A stretch of DNA of 46,098 bases from Octopus bimaculoides. Taxonomy: Eukaryota. This document shows, one piece after another, positions 1 through 10,513 of this stretch. The notes beneath the pieces were generated by a model, which saw nothing but the letters and a program-made list of their open reading frames with translations, made no database searches and was not told the DNA's origin. The position numbers were made by a program, and so were the translations under genes. The stretch covers positions 5,459,344 through 5,505,441 of the forward strand of contig NC_068986.1 in NCBI RefSeq assembly GCF_001194135.2. The letters run 5' to 3'. Each line of letters begins with the position of its first letter. Positions within the stretch are counted from its first letter, which is position 1.

Positions 1-623
1 ATATATATGGAAAAAAAAAATCAAGGTTGAAAATGCTAAAATAATTTTTATAAAAAACATGTCAGTACCGGTTTCAGTCATTGAGACTTTTTCAACTGTA
101 AGAATTGGAAAACAATTAAATTTGGGAGAAATTAAAAGAAAAGTTTTTTAAAAGAATATTTGCACAGTATTCAAATACAAGGGGCATTTTCCTTGTTCCT
201 GCCTGTCTCTGTCTCTCTTGTTTACTCTTGTGGGTTCGAAATTGTTGTGAATTCTTGGCAGAAAAGAAGAAGGAGGAGGAGGAGGAGGATAATGCGGAAG
301 TGCTGAGATAGTAGTAGGATGTTAAATGGTCAAGTGCCCTGAAAGTGACTTGTGAATGGTAGTAGTGATTGAATTCTTGAGACATCTCTTTTGAATGTTT
401 TGTTTATAATATTTGCGTAGGTGTTATTCTAAGCAGCAGTAGTAGTAAAGTAAGGAAGGAGGTGGCAGAGAGGAAGAAGACGAAGAAAAAGAAGGAGAAA
501 GAGAAGAACAGACAATGATAAGGAAATGCGGGATGGTATGATAGTAGTAGTTAAATGATCAAGTGACCTAAAAGTGGCTCGATGTGGATTATAGTAGTGA
601 CTGGGACTGTTTTTAATGATACC

Positions 624-633
624 CAAAATTCAT

Positions 634-666
<33 letters not shown>

Positions 667-680
667 GCACACATATATTA

Positions 681-761
<81 letters not shown>

Positions 762-800
762 TTATGTATATATAGATATATATGTATATATGTGTATATA
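624..800. repeat. (TA)n/(TATG)n microsatellite tract, continuing at 908-1060
   Basis: Direct reading; accounts for the YIYI-type ORFs here. Confidence 0.95.
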
Positions 801-806
801 TGTTGT

Positions 807-907
807 TCATCGTTTAACGTCCGCTTTCCATGCTAGCATGGGTTAGACGATTTGACTGAGGACTGGCAAATCAGATGGCTGCACCAGGCTCCAATCTGAT
901 CTGGCAG
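807..907 (-). mobile_element. 5'-truncated copy of the RTE-tail SINE/LINE family (…CCATGCTAGCATGGAAAGCGGACGTTAAACGATGATG)
   Basis: Matches other copies in the window, e.g. 8487-8650, 24690-24866, 27751-27950. Confidence 0.8.
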
Positions 908-1061
908 ATATGTATATATATATATATATGTATATGTATATGTGTATATATGTATATGTATATGTGTATATATGTATATATGTGTAAATATGTATATATA
1001 TAAATATATATGTATATTTATGTATACGTATGTGTATATGTATGTGTATATATATGTGTGA

Positions 1062-1365
1062 AGGCGCATGGCTCAGTAGTTAAATTGTCGAGCTTACAAT
1101 TGTGAGGTTGTGAGTTCGAATCCCAGACCGGGCTACATGTTGTGTTCCTGAGCAAGACACTTTATTTCACGTTGCTCCAGCTGTAGAAATGAGTTGCAAC
1201 GTCACAGGTGCCAAGCTGTATCGGCCCCTTTGCTTTTTCCTTGGATAACACTGCTGGTGTGGAGAGAGGAGGCCAGTATGCATGGGTGACTGCTGTTCTT
1301 CCATAAACAACCTTGCCCGGACTTGTGCCTGGGAGGGTAACTTTCTAGGTGCAATCCCATGGTCA
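1062..1365 (+). mobile_element. tRNA-derived SINE
   Basis: A-box-like TGGCTCAGTAGTTA and B-box-like GAGTTCGAATCC, followed by the body TGAGCAAGACACTTTATTTCACGTTGCTCCAG shared with 12738-12999 and 11865-12180. Confidence 0.8.
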
Positions 1366-1399
1366 GTACCAATATCTTTATCATGAGTTTTCAGTGGGT

Positions 1400-1830
1400 T
1401 TTGGATTTTAGCAAGTGGTATTATATACCCTACTGATTCCTCTCACACCTCTTACATCACAGTTTTGTTGATTAACAATTGCTTGGCACATCCCCAGACT
1501 CCCTTCTTCCCAGCTGTTTGTTCTACTGTAATGATGCTATTGGTTTCACAATGGTCCTGGAAAAAGAGGTTTAAGCATACTGTATATACCTTATACATTA
1601 AGTTCTGGCATGCAATTGGCCAGTAGCTTTTTGCTATGTGGATGGTTCTGCATTTGGGGATCAATTTTGTCTCTACCAGAGCTAACCAGTGTTGTATGCT
1701 ATTGTTCCCATTGAGACCTTGTTGGTACACATTGATAAGATATGGTCAGTAGAAGGTTAGCTTCTTGTTCCAATATCCAACAATCAAGTCTCTTCCAAGT
1801 GCTTTTCTATCCTGGAGATCAGTATTTAAG
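1400..1830 (-). mobile_element. Degenerate reverse-transcriptase fragment of an R4/Dong-like (R2-group) non-LTR retrotransposon
   Basis: ORF 1452-1730 contains YWPIACQNLMYKVYT...DHCETNSIITVEQTAGKKGVWGCAKQLLINKTVM, resembling the RT motif YRPIAC.N..YK...EQ.G.KKG..GC.EQLLI. Clade assigned from memory. Confidence 0.7.
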
Positions 1831-2375
1831 TATGCATGCATGAATGAATGAAATTTCCAGAATTCGGGGGAACCAGCTCTTTGAATAGTGAAAACACAAG
1901 GTCAGGTCAGTGGTAGAGCTATTGTGTACAAACAATGTATAATGACAAATATGTACTGACTAAAGTAAATGTGGATTTGTTCTCCAGTTATGCATACATT
2001 CACAAGTGGCTGACTAAATATACAAGTCATGAAGGTCATGCATGAATACACATATTGCACCACTGTCTATAAACTCCAGTTCTAAATGAATTGCAGGTTC
2101 TGAATTAAGTGAAGAATAAACAATAACAGATAAAATGTGGTTCACTACAGCTGTGTTTGTTGTTTTTTTTTTTTTGCATGATGTAACACTTCTGTTCATC
2201 AATAAAAAACAGTTGTAGTGAACCACAATCCATCTGTTGTTATTGTATATAATATATATATATATATAATCTGAGCCTGAATGTGTTAGGTTTCCATCAG
2301 AAGCCAATGAAACTTTAAATCTCATGGAGCCGAATCAGCCTGTTTTAAATAATAATATAACACACACACCCACAC

Positions 2376-2622
2376 GGCGAGTTGGCAGAAACGTTAGCCC
2401 GCCGGGCAAAATGCTTAGTAATATTTCGTTTGCCGCTACATTCTGAGTTCAAATTCTGCTGAGGTCAACTTTGCCTTTCATCCTTTTTGGGTCGATTAAA
2501 TAAGTACCAGTTATGGGGTCAATATAATCGACTTAATCCATTTGATATAATCGACTTAATCTGTTTGTCTGTCCTTGTCTGTCCCCTCTGTGTGTAGCCC
2601 CTTGTGGGTAGTAAAGAAATAA
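2376..2622 (+). mobile_element. SINE (GAGYTGGCAGAAACGTTAG...GTAAAGAAATAA family) with target-site duplication
   Basis: ATAACACACACACC at 2357-2370 and 2619-2632; a close sibling lies at 32504-32733. Confidence 0.85.
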
Positions 2623-3097
2623 CACACACACCATGGATGTATATGTACAAATATATATGATTACGTGTGTTTGTGCAAAAGGCATTCAAACATAAAACAC
2701 ATGGCAAGTTAGGAATAGAGTAGATGAGAACTTCTCAAGCTGCACTACAGACAACCCATCTCGGAGCGCAATGATTTTGAATAATTCATACAAGATTGAT
2801 GGGGATTTATATTCCTGCCACACACAACTTCTCTAGTGCCAGGAACACAGTAAAATTCAACTAGTCTGTACTGTAAAGTGTTTATTTACAGCTCATTCCA
2901 CTAAAATGCGTATTTATTCAATGAACAGGTGGTCCAGTTGATTGACTGACTGAACACTCATCATGAAAACTGATAGACATCTATCCAGTTAATTCCTAAC
3001 TGCAAGGTGTTACTGTTTCCATTTTTTATCACTTGATATATTTGATTTCCGTCTTGTCTTAGAATTTGTTATTATTCTTGGTAGTTAAGAATTTGGT

Positions 3098-3146
3098 ATG
3101 GCTCTGTGTGGAATCCCATTGAATGGACTGTATTTCTTACCCAAAG
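3098..3146 (+). CDS. ACADS: Candidate first coding exon of ACADS (MALCGIPLNGLYFLPK-G)
   Basis: ATG at 3098 with an in-frame upstream TAA. Ends in phase 1 (AAAG|gtatac), which exon 2 requires. Preceded by a pyrimidine-rich acceptor (ttgatttccgtcttgtcttag, AG 3061-3062). Gives a 410-aa protein, close to known SCADs. No sequence homology support, so tentative. Confidence 0.45.
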
Positions 3147-3174
3147 GTATACTGATTGTGCACCATAAATTTTG

Positions 3175-3400
3175 TTAACCATTTTGCATTTGAACTGGCC
3201 GATTCTGGCTCATATATTCTACCTGTTTTATGTTTAAACTGGCCAGATCCAGCTTCTGACACCTACCCTGCAATGTCATTCTAAAAATAAATAATCACAT
3301 CTTTGAAACCTCGAAGTTATGAGATAATACAGGATAGATTTTATAAAATGTGTATGAATAACTATTACATTTGACAAAATAATCTGAATACTAAGGCCTT
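3175..3400 (+). mobile_element. TTAA-flanked MITE, degenerate copy
   Basis: Colinear with 29820-30034 (shared GATCCAGC...CACCTACCCTRCAATGTCATTCTAAAA). Confidence 0.65.
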
Positions 3401-3867
3401 CAAGTTACTGCAGTCTGTGGAATACGTCATCAGGTTTAAACCTGCCATTCCGTCAAGAAAACCAAAGCTGGTATAGAGCAACATAAAACTATTGTTTAGC
3501 ATACAAAGTGGGTGAAATTATTTAAACCTTAAACATAACTTATACTTTGGTGGGCTAGATCTTGTAGTATCCATGCTGAGTTTGGTGCATAGAGGATTTA
3601 TAGCAGCTTAGTGTAAAAATTAACTTGCTCAGCTAAAAGCTTAATAAGTTTCAATTGTAAAACTAAATGTGGGACATAACCAGAACATACTGCTCCTTTA
3701 CCACCCACATGCACAAGCACGTGGACTATAATAATGTCAGCAGCTATTATCTGGACTTTGATACTTGAATATCGGTTCAAAATCTAGGATGATAACAGCT
3801 TAGCAAGGTCAAATTCTTCTGATAAATTTATGCTTATGTAAAACATGGTAGTGTTAGTTGTTATATT

Positions 3868-3920
<53 letters not shown>

Positions 3921-4280
3921 NNNNNNNNNNNNNNNNNNNNNNNNNNNNNNNNNNNNNNNNNNNNNNNNNNNNNNNNNNNNNNNNNNNNNNNNNNNNNNNN
4001 NNNNNNNNNNNNNNNNNNNNNNNNNNNNNNNNNNNNNNNNNNNNNNNNNNNNNNNNNNNNNNNNNNNNNNNNNNNNNNNNNNNNNNNNNNNNNNNNNNNN
4101 NNNNNNNNNNNNNNNNNNNNNNNNNNNNNNNNNNNNNNNNNNNNNNNNNNNNNNNNNNNNNNNNNNNNNNNNNNNNNNNNNNNNNNNNNNNNNNNNNNNN
4201 NNNNNNNNNNNNNNNNNNNNNNNNNNNNNNNNNNNNNNNNNNNNNNNNNNNNNNNNNNNNNNNNNNNNNNNNNNNNNNNN
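3921..4280. other. Assembly gap (N run) after a (TA)n tract
   Basis: Ns in the sequence. Confidence 1.
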
Positions 4281-4349
4281 GGGGGTATGTATGTATGTTT
4301 GTATATATGTGTGTGTGTATGTATGTGTTTATATATTAGGGACTATATG

Positions 4350-4520
4350 CATCATCATCCTTTATTATCCATTTTCCATGCTAGCATGGGCTGGAAGATT
4401 CGGTAGGCACCAATAACTTGCAGGGCTGCCTCAAGTTCCGTTGTCATTTTTGGTGTGGCTTCCACAGCTGGATGACCTTCCTAATGCCAACCACATTACA
4501 GTGTGTACTGTGAGTGTTTT
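4350..4520 (-). mobile_element. RTE-tail SINE/LINE family copy followed by a purine-rich tract to about 5160
   Basis: CATCATC...TTCCATGCTAGCATGGG...CAGCTGGATGACCTTCCTAATGCCAACCAC. Confidence 0.7.
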
Positions 4521-5479
4521 TTAATGCTATTGGGCACTAGTGAAGTTGACAAGTAACTTACAAAACAGGGAAAAGCCCCTGTGACTAAGTGGGATTGGGG
4601 AAGTATTTAAGAGGGGAGTTGGTTTTATACGAGAGGTTGAGAAGCCAAGGGACAAACACAGATGTCTTACTATAGAAAAGATACATAGCCACCTTGCATT
4701 ATATAAGGCTGGGAGTGGCTGAGAAGAAGGTAAGGATGGCAATGATGGGGTGCTTGAGCAAACCTTTAAGGTGCAAAAAGCCCAGCATAAGAGAGGATAC
4801 AGAAAGTGGATCTGTGGTAGGAGGGATAGTTTCAAAATAGTGTCAAGAAAGAACATGTTTAGAGATGGGGGTAGAGGTGAAAGTAAGGAGTGATAAACAA
4901 GGGTGGAGGTGTTGTTGATTGAAGATCCCAGTATGGAGAGAGGGTAGGTACGAGAGGATACATTTGGAAGCAGGGGATTGATGTGCAAGGTGTTGGAGTA
5001 GTTAGGAGGGAGATGTGCAGGCACATAAGGGTGGCTGTAATGAGTGAAGCATGATGGTGGATATGAGAGGACATTGTGAATGATAGCAGATATGAGAGCT
5101 GTTAAGATGAAGTATGGCAGAAGAGAGGGACAGATAACTGAAAGCACAGAGAAGAGGTGATCAGTGAAAATAGTATATTGTCCTTCTTCTCTTTTGAAGA
5201 CAGTAGTAAATTATTTTACTGTAAGATTTCTCTTCTGCAGGAAAAAATAATTTATTATTCTATTTTGTAAATTTTTTATAAAAGAAAGCCTAATGCTCTG
5301 GTAATGTATAAAACAAGCTCTGGTCAAAATACGTTATGTGTTCCTTTCTTGATTTTAAAAAAGAAACATGTTTTATACATATATAAACATGTTTTTTTTT
5401 GTTAGATTTATATCTTATTGATTTACATCATATATGAATCAAATAATGATGTTTGATAAAATCTTCTGTATGGTAAGAA

Positions 5480-5790
5480 GGCATGGGCATGGCTGTGTGG
5501 TAAGAAGTTAGCTTCCCAACCACATGGTTCTGGATTCAATCCCACTGTGTGGTACCTTAGGCAAGTGTCTTCTGCTATAGCCTTGGGCCAGTCAAAGCCT
5601 TGTGGGTGAATTTGGTAGAGGGAAGCTGAATGAAGCTCATTGTGTGTGTGTGTGTGTGTGTCTGTCTGTCTGTCTGTTTGTCTCCCACCACTGCTTGACA
5701 ACTGGTGTTGGTGTGTTTATGTTCCTGTAACTTAGTGGTTCAGCAAAAGACAATGATAGATTAAGTACCAGGCTTAAAAGATAAGTAAAT
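5480..5790 (+). mobile_element. tRNA-derived SINE (GCATGGCTGTGTGGTAAGAAG family)
   Basis: Same head and body at 23583-23945, 41185-41340 and, reversed, at 10110-10275, 29020-29415 and 44700-44880. Confidence 0.8.
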
Positions 5791-6073
5791 ACTAAATTTT
5801 ATGTTTTCAACTTCTTTAGTTTTTTTTTTTTTAAACGAATACATACCTAATGAACTGTTGCATTGTAAATAAAACAACTCTTTTAAGAATTGGAAAAAGG
5901 AATACTCTTTAAATAGATGAACTAATTTAAGAATTCTTTTTAAAATGAATACAAAACTCTGGATTGAAATGGTGAAGTCTAGTCAAGGTTAATCAAGCAT
6001 TTTTATTTGAAATCAAGTCTGATGTTATTGAGCTTGTAATCTACAGAGAAAATATAGTAAAAAATCATAGATA

Positions 6074-6587
6074 TGAGGTCTGTTCAAAAAGTATCAGGAC
6101 TGTTGCTACGGGAACAGAGCTAAAGTGTGCAGAGTGAACCCACTTGGCACAGATTGACCTTGAACTCTGTCGTGCATGCACACTAAGTTATAATGCTCTC
6201 ACTCACTTCCATTGTTTATAGCAGTGCTTGGAAGTAAGGCATGTAGAGTGTGGTTGTCTCAAAAAGAAGAGAGGGTTTCAGCTGTGTAGGATCTCCTTGA
6301 TTGTGTCAAGGAAGGCAAAGACATTTTGAAAACAGTCATGGCAAAATCAAATCCCATTTAAAGGAACAAGATTTCAATACATTGAGAAAATCCAAGAGAA
6401 TGTGATGAGGTAGTTGCTTGCTATCCCCCAAAAAGAGCTCCAGAAATGCTTCCATCAATGGAGACAATGCTGGATAAAAGGGTGTGACTTCAGAAGGGGA
6501 CAACTTTGAAAGAGATTAAATGCCGAATTGATGTGTGGTAGTTTTCTTTTTATAGCCCTATTATTGATACTTTTTGATCAGACTTTG
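6074..6587 (+). mobile_element. Internally deleted mariner element
   Basis: TA flanks (6072-6073, 6588-6589); 22-bp TIRs TGAGGTCTGTTCAAAAAGTATC / GATACTTTTTGATCAGACTTTG; frameshifted transposase C-terminus (GTRFQYIEKIQENVMR, CFHQWRQCWIK, VTSEGDNFERD*). Confidence 0.85.
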
Positions 6588-7330
6588 TATATCAAATGGC
6601 CATAGAAATTAGGTGATAAGTCTGTAGAGTATAGAACAGAATGATTTCTTACTCTTAGTATCCCAGGGTCCATAGACAATGTGATGCGTAGTCAGAAATA
6701 TATGTAAATATTCAGGTCAGATGTGTAATGCTGGTTTCAAAGAGCAGGAAAAGGTAAAATTAAAAGGAAAAAAGAAAGGAGATCCATTTATGAATTACTA
6801 TCTTAAGATTAAAAAACAAAGTTATTTATATGTGATATGTGTCCTGGATTAATTAGATATTTAAATGTGATACACGTACTGAAATAATTAGCAGTAGAAA
6901 TACACCTGAAATGAACTACTCTGATGGCTTGCTGGATGTTGTCAACAATTTCTGTTACCTAGGTAATTTAATTAGTGCTAATAAAAGCATAGGATGGTGT
7001 GGAAGAAATGAAGGGAGATCTGATGGAACAAAGAGACATGGCTATAAATGATGTGAACATGATTGATTAGCTGTATGATGTTAAATTTAATGAAAGCAAA
7101 GCATAAGGACAACTAGTATTAAAAGCTTCATTAATTATATACAGAAGAGATGATTGCACTGATATATTCCGAGGTGTCACTTAAGGCAAAATTATATTGA
7201 TGATTAGATATTAATTATTTCTGATTATTTAATCACTTGCAATTCAAACTATATGTGACATGAGAATTCTCTGCTCTTTCAAATACTTCTTACCAGCTAA
7301 CGAAAACCAGGATTTGATGAGGCCCTTGTT

Positions 7331-7620
7331 AGGGGATGGCATGTAGCCTCATACACTGTTGAAGTCAACTACCACAGCTTTTCAGCTAGAACAGTGCACT
7401 GCTTCCTTCAGAAGATTGATCTGGAACCCAATCAACTGAAGAAAGCCACCAAGGAGTTTGGCACATAGCAGCTGAAACCAGCTCAAGGTGGTTGTGATTG
7501 ACAAGAGACCACATGTGAAGATAATTTAGTCCTTGCTGCCACAGTCAGGAGAAGTGTACAGGCTAAGGGGTGAAATGCTTATGAGCCTGAGATACCTGCT
7601 AATGATACTGAAAGGTTTCT
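7331..7620 (+). mobile_element. 3' remnant of a HERO/NeSL-like non-LTR retrotransposon (restriction-like endonuclease C-terminus plus 3' UTR)
   Basis: Hand translation RGWHVASYTVEVNYHSFSARTVHCFLQKIDLEPNQLKKATKEF, then after a frameshift AAETSSRWL*LTRD; resembles GW....PVEVG.RGF...AAE.AS.WLW.KR. Confidence 0.6.
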
Positions 7621-7812
7621 GAAATTGCAATGGATTCAAAAGAGCTTGCCATACCTCTGAGTCAAGGACATATCTATCTCTCTGGTACTGCTATAAATAA
7701 TGCATCCAATATGCTGTAAAGTATAAGGTTGTTAAGAACCTTTAGTTTTGCCGTGGATATAATTCCTCTGTAATGTTGTTGCCATAAAAAAAAGCACTCT
7801 TTTTTTTTTTAA

Positions 7813-7999
7813 GGTTGGTATTAGGAAGGGCAATCAGCCATAGAAACCAAGCCAAAAATGAAATGCAAGTGAGATGAAATCCTCTGACCTGTCTAGTTGA
7901 GCAGACCCCCTTGAATATGAGCTGACTGACTCTGACCATGGGAAGCCATCCAGTCCAACTAATGTAGCATGGAAAGCAGTAGTAAAATGATGGTGATGA
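7813..7999 (+). mobile_element. Old RTE-tail SINE/LINE family copy
   Basis: GGTTGGTATTAGGAAGGGCA...GCATGGAAAGCAG...GATGATGA. Confidence 0.7.
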
Positions 8000-8037
8000 T
8001 GACAACATATGTGTGTATATGCATAAGTATATATGTA

Positions 8038-8091
<54 letters not shown>

Positions 8092-8092
<1 letters not shown>

Positions 8093-9662
8093 TAACAGTA
8101 ATACCTGTCATTGATCGGGTAATTACTTTTACTGTTTCTTGGGTCGAGAAGCTAGAAAAATGAGGATATCATATAGAAGAATAGCTGCAGGTCAAGTGGA
8201 ACATTACTGTTCATATAGAAAATGCATTGCATGTCATGCACCTGCTTGGTGTTTGTTTTTTGACACTCTTTGTTTTAGTAGATATTGTTTTGATTAGGAA
8301 TATCAGTAAGTAATAGTGAAATGAAATTACAAATGCTGTGTCAGTGCACAATTCATGTTGTGCCATTGCATAATTTTTTTTGATAGAGAAAAAGCATTGC
8401 ACATCATGTGTATTTTTGGTGTTCGTTTTTTTGACTTTCTCTTTTTAGTAGACATTTTTTTTTATTAGGAATATCAATAAGTAATATCATCGTCATCATC
8501 GTCGTTTAACGTCCACTTTCCATGCTAGCATGGGTTGGACAATTTGACTGAGGACTGGTGAAACCAGATGGCTACACCAGGCTCCAATCTGATTTGGCAG
8601 AGTTTCTACAGTTGGATGCCCTTCCTAACGCCAACCACTCAGAGAGTGTAAATACTATTAATTCACCAATAAATTTGCTTCTTCAAAACTAACATGGAAA
8701 CAAGTTTTCTAACATCAACACAGTCTGTAGAGATATTTTCAGAATTATCAGGAAATGCTGTGTCCTGTCAGTGTTACTGCTGAAATTCCAATGCTCTATT
8801 ACAAGAATGGAAGGCAAGGCTGCAGTAAGTAATAATCCAATGAATTTACAAATGCTGTGTCTTGTCAGTCAGATTTGGGTTTCCTCATCTTGAATGTGTG
8901 TATTATATAAGAGAAAAACATGTAGTAATTGAAGTAGAAAAAGATGGATTTCTTATACGAACTTCTGTTTGTTCTTCAAGTTGCAATCTAACAACTTTTA
9001 GTATTTGGCCCTGACTTTTATCAATGCTCATATTAAAACTGAGAAGCTAGAAAGCTGGGTATATCATATAGAAGAATAGCTTTACAGAATCCAGGTGACT
9101 GCGATGGCACTGAAAAGCTACAAGTCAAGTGGAACATCCATTTGTCACTGTTCCTTTTGACGTTTGAATAGGTGGTATATCCTGAATGAAGCTAGAAGAA
9201 TAGCTTTTGGGAATCCAGGTGACTGTGCGATGGTACTGAGAAGGCCACAGGTGAAGTGGAAGACTCATTTGTCATGGTTTCTTTTGACATTTGAATAGGC
9301 TGTATGCCCAAGGAGAATTGAGAGATTCAGTTTCAAATCAGGGTGTTTGTGTATATGTGTGGCCTAGTTGCAATCCAGCAACTTTTAGTGTTTGGCCCTG
9401 ACTTTTATTAATGCTCATGGCAAAAGAAAGTGGGGTAGGAAACTGTAAGGGCTTAAATTTGAATGGGACATTAGATGGTATAACTGGTATGCAAGGAACA
9501 AAGACGGTGTCATGTTGAACACAACCAGTGAGAATATTTGCTTCAATGCAGTTCCTCATAGGTTTGTGCACAATTAGTGTTGCCTCCCTTGAACCATTTA
9601 CTTTCACTTTGTGGGACAAACAAACATACAAATGGACAGAATCTCTCTTTTATATATATAGA
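8092..9662 (-). mobile_element. Non-autonomous Helitron derivative with Pif1-like helicase remnants
   Basis: Minus-strand 5' end A|TCTATATATATAAAAGAG at 9662; helicase motif VPFKFKPLQFPTPLSFAMSINKSQGQTLKVAGLQL (9338-9631), with a second copy near 8975-9030; 3' end with imperfect hairpin ACCCGATCAATGACAGGT then CTGTTAG|T at 8092. Confidence 0.8.
8487..8650 (-). mobile_element. RTE-tail SINE/LINE family copy nested in the Helitron
   Basis: High similarity to 24690-24866 in reverse orientation. Confidence 0.85.
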
Positions 9663-9739
9663 TGTAAGATATATATATATATATATATGTGTGTGTGTTA
9701 AAGGATGATGATATATGCAGTATTTTCCCTTTATTTCAG

Positions 9740-9885
9740 GAGTACCTGCAAGAGCTTTCTCATCCTTAGTGGATCTTCCAGATACACACAAAATGCTGCA
9801 AGAAACATGTCATGGGTTTGCTGAGAAAGAGTTGATGCCAGTAGCTGCTGAAATTGACAAATCAAAGAAGTTCCCAGCAGAGCAG
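9740..9885 (+). CDS. ACADS: ACADS exon 2 (GVPARAFSSLVDLPDTHKMLQETCHGFAEKELMPVAAEIDKSKKFPAEQ)
   Basis: tttcag| acceptor and |gtttct donor; matches the SCAD N-terminus ([28 protein letters not shown]). Confidence 0.95.
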
Positions 9886-10109
9886 GTTTCTCAATTTATC
9901 TCTCCAAATGTTAGATGTAATTTAGTGGGGGGTATTAAATATCAAAACTCCCACACAACTTTGTTTCCCAACATCCCCCTTCTCCCCACCTATGATCACC
10001 ACCCATTGCTGATCCCTCTACTCTCCCTTTCATGTCTACCCACACACTCTCCATGCCCTCACATATCTACCATAGCAACCCCCTGCCACTCCATTTTCAT
10101 TCGGAGTTT

Positions 10110-10275
10110 TCTATGACAGGCTTCTTCCAGTTTCCATCTACCAAATCATCTCACAAGGCTTTGGTCAGCCCAAGGCTATAGTAGAAGATGCCCAAAGTGC
10201 CACACGGTGGGACTGAACCCAGAAGCATGTGGTCAGGAAGCAAGATTCTTACCAAACAGCCACACCTGTGCTTGT
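10110..10275 (-). mobile_element. tRNA-derived SINE (GCATGGCTGTGTGG family), partial
   Basis: Reverse complement of the 5480 and 23583 copies. Confidence 0.75.
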
Positions 10276-10465
10276 CTAATTGTAAACAAATATCACCAGC
10301 ATACAAGTGGTGTTGTTCATTTTCCATTCCTTATGGAAATATGTCCAGCCATTGTGCTATTCAGCTGCAAAAGACGGATAAATATAACTTTGCTTGGAAA
10401 CAAGTGAGGGTGATCCCAGAGAGAGCATTGGACTTGAAAACAATGATGATGTATATCTATATATA

Positions 10466-10500
<35 letters not shown>

Positions 10501-10513
10501 ATATATATATATA

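Noticed and set aside
582-1069. YIYI-rich ORFs here and at 3845-4416, 7969-8163, 27941-28162, 30546-30897 and 33719-34449
   Set aside because: Translations of (TA)n/(TG)n microsatellites.
1062-1135. tRNA-like heads (also 12738-12810)
   Set aside because: A and B boxes continue into SINE bodies with no complete cloverleaf; not tRNA genes.
3420-3445. Minus-strand CTGATGA
   Set aside because: No stem II or GAAA follows; chance heptamer.
4527-5147. 206-aa minus-strand Leu/Ser/Pro-rich ORF (similar ones at 34969-35292 and 40164-40853)
   Set aside because: Low-complexity purine/pyrimidine tracts attached to repeats; no domain motif.
7560-7620. GAAA...CTAATGA in the HERO-like 3' UTR as a type II hammerhead
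   Set aside because: The core is CTAATGA rather than CTGANGA, and stem III cannot be drawn.
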